From the NCBI GenBank assembly GCA_029932835.1, contig JAOZPI010000024.1, positions 1-11,939 on the forward strand: 11,939 nt of DNA, read 5' to 3'. The notes beneath the pieces were generated by a model. The model was not told the DNA's origin, searched no databases, and saw nothing but the letters and a program-made list of their open reading frames with translations. The DNA comes from an archaeon. GTDB lineage: Archaea; Altiarchaeota; Altiarchaeia; JAFGQM01. Shown here piece by piece: positions 6,572 to 11,939 of the stretch (position 1 is the first letter of the stretch; the number at the start of each line of letters is the position of its first letter). A program made the translations under genes and the position numbers.

Positions 6572-7957
6572 ATGCCCAAGAAAGAGAAAGCGGGAAGGGT
6601 TGAAGCCCTTATTCTCTGCATAGATCGAGATGACGATTTGGGGAAAAAGGCAGGTGTAAGAGGACCCGTGATAGGCGAAAGGGAGAATTTCAGAGCAGCT
6701 CAGGCACTTGGGGTTGCTGATCCAGAAGACTCTGATGTAAATGCGATATTTGCAGCGATCAAGACGAAGAGGGAGGTGAGTCATCTCTATAAAGGAACAG
6801 AGATCGTAACACTAACCGGGGACAAGGAGGTGGGAGTAAAGAGTGACCAGAAGATTAGGAATCAACTGCTGCGTGTCTTGGATAGATTCAAACCCGAGGG
6901 AGTCATAGTAGTAAGTGACGGAACAGAAGACGATAAGATACTCCCTCTAATACAGAGCGAAACCAAAATATTGGGGGTAAACACAGTAACGGTTAAACTC
7001 TCAAGGCCATTGGAAAGTGCCTATTTCAGATTGCAGGACTTTTTTAAAAAGGTGGGGGAGAACCCACATCAGGCGAGGGTTTTATTTGGTATTCCAGGAG
7101 CTCTAATCTTTCTTATAGTCCTCCTCTCGTATATAGGGATATCTATGGTGGATCTTATATTGGCAACCCTTGGGATATACCTATTGGCAAAGGGGTTTGG
7201 TTACGATGAACAGCTCTTTAATGGCTTGAGCGAGGTGAAGAATTCCCTAGTCCGCGGAAATATTTACAAGGTGTTTAACCTGATAGGGGTGTTTATCATA
7301 GCTCTTGCCCTTATAACTGGATACCTACAGCTTCAAAAAAATCTAGACGCCATCTACCGCCCTGGTTCCCTTGCAAATCCTCGGGATGTGGGGGATGCTT
7401 TTATAAGCCAGCCCTTGCTCTCGCTCAATTTCTTTTTATTCTCAGCTTCTGGAGTAGCTCTTACTTCAATGGACTTACTCTTAGCTGCCCTTGTGGTTAT
7501 CGCAGTAGGTTTTATAATCCACAATTTCCTGATGCACGAATATCTGAAAATCAAGAGGTATATATATGTCATTTTGTTGGCGATCCTGATAGGGAACATG
7601 GAGAGGGGGATCTATTGGTTTATTATAAACCTGAGCGAAGGATCTACAACAATCACAGTAGAGGGCTTTGATCCTGTTCAAAACTTAATGATCTCACTCC
7701 TCATTGCATTTGTGGTGTTGCTGATCTCTCATTATCTCCTAAAAATCGTATTTTTTGATTATATAGAAAAGAAGAGAGAATTAGAGAGGGCGTATATAGG
7801 GCGCGAAGTTGTGGACAAAACAGGGAAAAGACTTGGATCTGTAAGCAAGGTTAGTGTGAAGGGAGGGGCTGTAGTGGGGATAAGCATCAAGAGGCGTTAT
7901 TACCCAATTGAAGAGATCTCAGAAAGGGGAGGCCGACTAGTGGTGGAGGGTAGTTAG
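6572..7957 (+). CDS. conserved archaeal polytopic membrane protein, DUF373-like: an approximately 160-aa soluble N-terminal domain, about 7-8 TM helices, and a C-terminal PRC-barrel-like beta domain
   Basis: 461 aa. The N-terminus RVEALILCIDRDDDLGKKAGVRGPVIGER...DPEDSDVNAIFAAI...GVIVVSDGTEDDKILPLIQ resembles the DUF373 (PF04123) N-domain as recalled from memory, not from a search. Long hydrophobic helices span about 175-385. The C-terminus GREVVDKTGKRLGSVSKVSVKGGAVVGISIKRRYYPIEEI has the PRC-barrel pattern. Confidence 0.7.
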   Translation: MPKKEKAGRVEALILCIDRDDDLGKKAGVRGPVIGERENFRAAQALGVADPEDSDVNAIFAAIKTKREVSHLYKGTEIVTLTGDKEVGVKSDQKIRNQLLRVLDRFKPEGVIVVSDGTEDDKILPLIQSETKILGVNTVTVKLSRPLESAYFRLQDFFKKVGENPHQARVLFGIPGALIFLIVLLSYIGISMVDLILATLGIYLLAKGFGYDEQLFNGLSEVKNSLVRGNIYKVFNLIGVFIIALALITGYLQLQKNLDAIYRPGSLANPRDVGDAFISQPLLSLNFFLFSASGVALTSMDLLLAALVVIAVGFIIHNFLMHEYLKIKRYIYVILLAILIGNMERGIYWFIINLSEGSTTITVEGFDPVQNLMISLLIAFVVLLISHYLLKIVFFDYIEKKRELERAYIGREVVDKTGKRLGSVSKVSVKGGAVVGISIKRRYYPIEEISERGGRLVVEGS

Positions 7958-7980
7958 GATTATCTCAGGGTGCTTCCTCG

Positions 7981-8004
7981 TTTTTCTGTTTTTTCGTTTA
8001 TATT
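7981..8004 (+). terminator. T-rich tract (TTTTTCTGTTTTTTCG) after the 6572-gene stop, abutting a TTTATATT TATA-like element just upstream of the 8011 ATG
   Basis: Read directly. The TATA center is only about 11 nt before the ATG at 8011, so the true start of the next gene may be the Met at 8071. Confidence 0.35.
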
Positions 8005-8010
8005 AATAAA

Positions 8011-8418
8011 ATGGAAAACAAGCAAGAGATAGAAGAGAGGATAGCAAATCATAACTTTCTCGTAGATCAGATGGAAGCTGCACTGTCAGGTTATGTAGAA
8101 CTAACGAAGCAGTATGAGGGATGGAAAGGAAGGGAGATCAAGAGGTTTTTGGAGGAGAGGAGAGATTCCCTTTTGGCAGGCTTGCAAAGGCTGAGAAGGT
8201 CTGTAGAGTCCATGGGGCTCAATGAAGAGGCAAAGGGTGTTGAGGAGATAGAAAATCTTATAAGAGAGGGGAACCGAGAGGGGATAAAAAGAGCAATCGC
8301 AGAAAAAGCAGAAAGATGGAGGATACGTCGCAGTAGAGGAATTCCAAGAGCCCTAAGAATGCCTCCAGCCCAAAGAGGGAGAGAAGTGAATAAAAGAAGC
8401 CCGAGAAGGCCCCGATAG
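8011..8418 (+). CDS. hypothetical protein: charged coiled-coil N-region plus an Arg/Pro-rich basic C-tail (possible nucleic-acid- or ribosome-associated protein)
   Basis: 135 aa, purine-loaded like neighbouring genes, and the only open frame here. MENKQEIEERIANHNFLVDQMEAALSGYVELTKQYEGWKGREIKRFLEERRDSLLAGLQRLRR... ends in RWRIRRSRGIPRALRMPPAQRGREVNKRSPRRPR. No family recognised. Start uncertain (8011 or 8071). Confidence 0.5.
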   Translation: MENKQEIEERIANHNFLVDQMEAALSGYVELTKQYEGWKGREIKRFLEERRDSLLAGLQRLRRSVESMGLNEEAKGVEEIENLIREGNREGIKRAIAEKAERWRIRRSRGIPRALRMPPAQRGREVNKRSPRRPR

Positions 8419-8424
8419 GAAGTA

Positions 8425-8434
8425 TTTTTATATC
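8425..8434 (+). promoter_or_regulatory. TATA box (TTTTTATATC) about 70 nt upstream of the rpl15e ATG; SD GGAGG at 8491-8495
   Basis: Read directly. The same TTTATATCC core appears in the trpB promoter. Confidence 0.4.
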
Positions 8435-8499
8435 CTCTTTTGCAAAGATACAGACTCCGTGTGGAATGTGGGACATCCCGAACCGATACAGGAGGAGAG

Positions 8500-9099
8500 A
8501 TGAACGAAAAGAAATTTTTGACAGGAGTCGATCCAAAAAGGAGAGAGGTATTGCTCAATCTGAAGGAGAAAGACCCAGAGGCCTATAAAAACATGCTATC
8601 TGAGTTGAAGAGTCTTTGGACTGAGCGAGGAAAACTCTGGCGCCAGGGAGGAGGAGTAACAAAGGAAAGGAAACCACTGAAGGCGTGGAGAGCGAGAGAG
8701 CTTGGGTGGAAGGAAAAACCTGGATTTGTGAGCGTTATAGTGAGGGTTAAAAAAGGCGGTAGAAAGAGAAGACAGACGTCCGGAGGAAGAAAGCCAAAAA
8801 AGGCTTATGATTATGGGAATGTGCAAAAGAGCAAGCAGCTCCAAGCGGAGGAGAAGGCAAACAAAAAGTTTCCAAATTGCGAGGTTCTTGGATCCTATTG
8901 GCTCTGGGAGGATGGACAGTATAAGTACTTTGAGGTTATATTGGTAGACCCAAACAACCCACACATAAGGAGCGATGCGGAGATCAAGTGGATCTCCTCA
9001 AAGAACCAAAGGGGACGAGTTTATAGAGGGTTGACCCCTTCCGGAAGAAAAAATAGAGGGCTGCGGAGAAGGGGAAAGGGTGCTGAAAAAGTGAGATAA
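8500..9099 (+). CDS. rpl15e: 50S ribosomal protein L15e, with an approximately 26-aa N-terminal extension relative to canonical L15e
   Basis: The C-terminal two-thirds match L15e closely: ...GFVSVIVRVKKGGRKRRQTSGGRKPKK...FPNCEVLGSYWLWEDGQYKYFEVILVDPNNPHIRSD...RGLTPSGRKNRGLRRRGKGAEKVR (compare the Pyrococcus and human [28 protein letters not shown]...RGLTSAGKKGRGL). The first ATG is at 8500, preceded by GGAGG. An alternative TTG start at 8551 also has an upstream AGGAGAG. The canonical L15e N-terminus (AYKY...W) aligns only at EAYKNMLSELKSLW. Confidence 0.88.
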   Translation: MNEKKFLTGVDPKRREVLLNLKEKDPEAYKNMLSELKSLWTERGKLWRQGGGVTKERKPLKAWRARELGWKEKPGFVSVIVRVKKGGRKRRQTSGGRKPKKAYDYGNVQKSKQLQAEEKANKKFPNCEVLGSYWLWEDGQYKYFEVILVDPNNPHIRSDAEIKWISSKNQRGRVYRGLTPSGRKNRGLRRRGKGAEKVR

Positions 9100-9101
9100 G
9101 A

Positions 9102-10241
9102 ATGAAATTCTCTAAGAGGATAGCGGATGTTCCGCCTTCTGCGACATTTAGATATGCATCTTTGGCAAAGAGGGAGGGCATAATAAACCTGACTATTGGA
9201 AGACCTGGATTCGATCCGCCCTCTGTTGTCATTGAGGCGGCAAAGCGCGCCCTAGAGGGGGGAAAACACCACTATGGACCCAGTAAGGGCATACCAGAGC
9301 TGAGAGAGAAGATCTCAGAACGGCTTACAAGAGAGAACAAGATCAGGGGCATTGACTCTGAAAAGGTAATTGTGAGTATGGGGGCAAAAAATATCCTATA
9401 CGAGATAATTATGACGCTAGTGGATAGAGGGACAAAGGTGGCAATCCCAGATCCAGCATGGGTGAGCTATGAGAGTATGGTGAAACTAGCGGAGGGAGAG
9501 GTGGTTTGGCTACCTCTCAACTCAGAAAGGGGCTTCGTTCCAGACGAGGAGTTTATAGATGCACTAGACCACTCAGAGGCCAAGATTGTTATTATTAACA
9601 CCCCTAATAATCCAACCGGTGCAGTATATCCAGAACGAGTTCTTCGAGATATAATCGCAGTTGCTGAGGCAAATGATATGTGGATTATCTCTGATGAGTG
9701 CTATGAGAGTATTGTGTACGAAGGGAAACACTTTAGCATTGGATCAGTCTATGATAAAACCATAACTGTTGGGAGCTTTTCTAAGACATATTCTATGACC
9801 GGATGGAGGCTGGGATACGCGGCATGTCCAGAGTTTGAGGTTATAGACAAGATGAACATACTTCAGCAACAATCCGTCTCAAATCCGGTGACCTTTGCCC
9901 AGTATGGAGCTCTGGCCTGTTTTACCCCTGAGGCCCAAAAATTCAGCAGGGAGATGAGGGAGGAGTTGAAGAGAAGGCGAGACTACGCCCTGAAGAGGGT
10001 CTCAGAGTTTGCATGCGAGTGCATGAAGCCCAATGGGGCCTTCTACATATTTCCCTACTTTGAGGGGAGGGATGATATAAAGATGGCAGATGCAGTGTTG
10101 GAGGAGGGGGTAGGGGTTGTTCCGGGCTCCCCGTTTGGAAAACAGGGGAGAGGATGCATTCGCCTGAGTTACGGAAGCGCTAAGGTTGAGGAATTAGCAG
10201 AGGCTTTTGACCGAATGGAGAGGGTAAAGGGCATAGCCTAA
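9102..10241 (+). CDS. class-I PLP-dependent aminotransferase (aspartate/aromatic aminotransferase family)
   Basis: 379 aa with NTPNNPTGAVY, SDECYE and the PLP-lysine motif GSFSKTYSMTGWRLGY. The ATG lies 2 nt after the L15e stop (TAAgaATG). Confidence 0.9.
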   Translation: MKFSKRIADVPPSATFRYASLAKREGIINLTIGRPGFDPPSVVIEAAKRALEGGKHHYGPSKGIPELREKISERLTRENKIRGIDSEKVIVSMGAKNILYEIIMTLVDRGTKVAIPDPAWVSYESMVKLAEGEVVWLPLNSERGFVPDEEFIDALDHSEAKIVIINTPNNPTGAVYPERVLRDIIAVAEANDMWIISDECYESIVYEGKHFSIGSVYDKTITVGSFSKTYSMTGWRLGYAACPEFEVIDKMNILQQQSVSNPVTFAQYGALACFTPEAQKFSREMREELKRRRDYALKRVSEFACECMKPNGAFYIFPYFEGRDDIKMADAVLEEGVGVVPGSPFGKQGRGCIRLSYGSAKVEELAEAFDRMERVKGIA

Positions 10242-10351
10242 GGGAGTCGACTGTCTTCAAACATCCACTACTGCAAAAACCACTACAAGGGTAGCAGAAA
10301 TACTTCTCTTGGCCCAGTATGCTTTTTATGTTTAAATGCACTAAATTTGAT

Positions 10352-10579
10352 ATGGATCGCAAGGGCGTTGGCTATGGATATGAGATGCTCATGGCGTTAG
10401 CTATACTGATCCTTGCGATTACATTTTATGCCCAAGACCTTACAGACGCCATCGCCCCTGTGCTGGTGATACTAGGAGGGGTCATGCTCGTGGGGGGGAT
10501 GGTCATGCGAGAACCTATAGTCGTAACTGCGGGGATTATGATGTTTGTGATCGCTCTTGTTTATAACGAGATGATTTGA
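10352..10579 (+). CDS. small hypothetical membrane protein (76 aa, 2-3 TM helices)
   Basis: MDRKGVGYGYEMLMALAILILAITFYAQDLTDAIAPVLVILGGVMLVGGMVMREPIVVTAGIMMFVIALVYNEMI. The TATA-like GCTTTTTATGTTTAAAT at 10321-10337 sits about 25 nt before this ATG (leaderless). The track's upstream ATG at 10319 would lie inside that TATA element. Confidence 0.5.
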   Translation: MDRKGVGYGYEMLMALAILILAITFYAQDLTDAIAPVLVILGGVMLVGGMVMREPIVVTAGIMMFVIALVYNEMI

Positions 10580-10635
10580 TGGACTGATTTCCCCTTTATT
10601 CGTCTGTTTTTATTTCTATTTACATAAATTCTTTG

Positions 10636-11484
10636 ATGGACGCCCTGCTTGTTGTGTCGCTGTTGGTAGTTGGATTTGTGGTGTTTCTCATAGCTACAGC
10701 AGGAAAGAGAAAACAGGCACTGGAGGAGGCACTCAAAAAGCTGGAAAGCGAAAGGATGAAGCTGAAGAAGTCCATCGAGCACGTAAAGCTCTCTTTCTAT
10801 CAGAAGAAGTTGGGAGAAAAGGAAGCACAAGATAAGATATTTGAGTATGAAGAAGAATTAAGGGATGTGGAAGCCCGGATTGCAGAAATCAAAGAAAAAC
10901 CATTAATGAGAACCCTAAAGAAGCAGGAGGGAGAAGATGAGAGAGGGGAGAGGGAGGCGGTAGAAGAGACAGAGGGGCTGTTTATGGAGCATCTAGATGT
11001 CAAGGCAATCGCAGGGATGTTTGTATTTATCGTTGTGGCCTTGATAGCGGTAGCTGTGATAATGAATGGAAGCTCGACCTCAAGTAGAGGAATGAGCAAG
11101 ATAGTGATACCTGTGAGTGCCTTCACCACGCCAACAAAGGGAACGCACCCTGGGGGGAGCGCTGGGCTGACGGTGGAGATAAAAAATGAAGGGAAAGAAG
11201 ACCTAAGAGGCGTCCTGGTAACCGCAGAAGTGCCAGAAGGCAGCGGGCTGGAGTTTATGGAAATGGGGACCGATGTTGGAGAGAAGATAGGGACGACAGC
11301 GGTACGGGAGGTGCCTGTTTTGGAGAGTGGGGGCTCGCGAGATGTCTTTTTTCCGATAGCTGTGGACAGAAATACCATGGAAGGGGTATATAACATACAT
11401 GTGGAGGTCTCAGATGTAAGTGGCAGGGTAGAGGGCTACGCAGACAGCACTCTTGAAGTTAGGATAGGGAGGCTGGAATCATAG
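10636..11484 (+). CDS. membrane protein: N-terminal TM, approximately 100-aa charged coiled-coil, second TM, C-terminal CARDB/Ig-like beta-sandwich domain
   Basis: MDALLVVSLLVVGFVVFLIATAGKRK (TM1). KQALEEALKKLESERMKLKK...EARIAEIKEK is the coiled-coil. AIAGMFVFIVVALIAVAVIM is TM2. GGSAGLTVEIKNEGKEDLRGVLVTAEVPEGSGLEF...SRDVFFPIAV is the CARDB/NEW3-like pattern. The ATG at 10636 is preferred over the track's TTG at 10633. A T-rich/TATA-like stretch at 10595-10630 sits about 25 nt upstream. Confidence 0.7.
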   Translation: MDALLVVSLLVVGFVVFLIATAGKRKQALEEALKKLESERMKLKKSIEHVKLSFYQKKLGEKEAQDKIFEYEEELRDVEARIAEIKEKPLMRTLKKQEGEDERGEREAVEETEGLFMEHLDVKAIAGMFVFIVVALIAVAVIMNGSSTSSRGMSKIVIPVSAFTTPTKGTHPGGSAGLTVEIKNEGKEDLRGVLVTAEVPEGSGLEFMEMGTDVGEKIGTTAVREVPVLESGGSRDVFFPIAVDRNTMEGVYNIHVEVSDVSGRVEGYADSTLEVRIGRLES

Positions 11485-11505
11485 AACTCTAAATTAGAAG
11501 TGAAA

Positions 11506-11939
11506 ATGGAAACTATAAGGAGAATAAAGTGGAGGAACATTCTGGGCCTCTTATTTATGGTGTTATTGGTCATTGCCCTATTACAATTTGTGTCGTTTTT
11601 GAGCACGCTCCTCTATGGGGACTGCGTAGAAAGGGGAGATGAAAGGGTATGCTTTTCTGTCAAGCGCATGAGTATAGGAGCAAATGAAGCAACAGCCATA
11701 TCCCTAGAAATAACAAACACAGGGAAAAACAGCAAGGAATTTGAGATAAGTATGGGGTTGTCCCCCAACCTCAGAAACCTAACGTCTCTAGTTCAGAGAA
11801 CGGGAGCACTGGCACCAGGGGACACAATAAAAAGGGAGTTCCGCATAGCGGCAAAGGGGGAGAAAGGGAGGTTTGTGGTGAGGTTCAACATAGACAGGGA
11901 TACAAAGTGGGACAAAGAGATGTATATTAACGTTGCGTT
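11506..11939 (+). CDS. membrane-anchored CARDB/Ig-like domain protein (paralog of the preceding gene), 3'-truncated by the window edge
   Basis: METIRRIKWRNILGLLFMVLLVIALLQFVSFLSTLLYG is a signal-anchor. Then a Cys pair (GDCVERGDERVC). MSIGANEATAISLEITNTGKNSKEFEISMGL...ALAPGDTIKREFRIAAKGEKGRFVV shares the xxSLEIxNxGK pattern with the upstream protein. The frame is open to the end of the window. It starts 21 nt after the previous stop, with an AGTGA SD-like element. Confidence 0.65.
   Translation, partial: METIRRIKWRNILGLLFMVLLVIALLQFVSFLSTLLYGDCVERGDERVCFSVKRMSIGANEATAISLEITNTGKNSKEFEISMGLSPNLRNLTSLVQRTGALAPGDTIKREFRIAAKGEKGRFVVRFNIDRDTKWDKEMYINVA

Noticed and set aside
5687-7681. ORFs 5687-5962 +, 5721-5999 +, 6560-6784 -, 7354-7599 - and 7481-7681 -
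   Set aside because: Antisense to the SPFH gene or the DUF373-like gene, or overlapping the divergent promoter. No supporting signals.
8091-8964. Minus-strand ORFs 8091-8558, 8258-8536 and 8596-8964 (Ser/Leu/Phe-rich)
   Set aside because: Complement of the purine-rich 8011 ORF and rpl15e. The composition-driven open frames are antisense to real genes.
10576-10641. 10-bp direct repeat TTTGATGGAC. One copy overlaps the stop of the small 2-TM gene and the other overlaps the start codon of the next gene, 56 bp apart
   Set aside because: A single exact 10-mer pair within about 60 bp is near chance expectation for a 12-kb window (order of 0.5-1 by rough estimate). No further copies, so it is not a repeat family or att-like site.
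10561-11400. Minus-strand ORFs 10561-10830, 10800-11396 and 11203-11400 (Ser/Thr-rich)
   Set aside because: Antisense to the CARDB-like membrane protein gene. Low-complexity shadow frames.
1-11939. CRISPR arrays, IS elements, integrase/att sites, restriction-modification or toxin-antitoxin genes
   Set aside because: No regularly spaced direct repeats. No transposase or recombinase-like ORFs. No small paired ORFs. The gene content is core housekeeping plus membrane proteins.

Overview
This window reads as an ordinary archaeal chromosomal core region, not an accessory island. Coding strands are strongly purine-loaded and promoters are TATA-like, which fits a hyperthermophile. Sequence alone cannot settle the lineage. 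The minus-strand block runs from high to low coordinates: SPFH/stomatin-family membrane protein, trpB, trpA, ndk, rpoH, then the N-terminal 772 codons of an apparently unsplit RNA polymerase subunit B gene that runs off the left edge. The plus-strand block starts after a roughly 170-bp divergent promoter region. It holds a DUF373-like polytopic membrane protein with a C-terminal PRC-barrel-like domain, a small coiled-coil protein with an Arg-rich tail, ribosomal protein L15e, a class-I PLP aminotransferase, a small 2-TM protein, and two membrane proteins with CARDB/Ig-like ectodomains, the last truncated at the right edge. The aminotransferase start lies 2 nt after the L15e stop. I found no tRNA, rRNA, C/D-box sRNA, CRISPR array, transposase or integrase. 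I also see no compelling undescribed multi-gene system. The leads worth a second look are the divergent SPFH/DUF373 membrane pair, the membrane-protein cluster at the 3' end, the basic-tailed protein upstream of rpl15e, the N-terminally extended L15e, and the isolated trpBA pair. The supplied ORF track omits the two edge-truncated genes (rpoB, and the final CARDB-like gene). Several track ORFs begin at GTG or TTG codons upstream of the more likely ATG starts.
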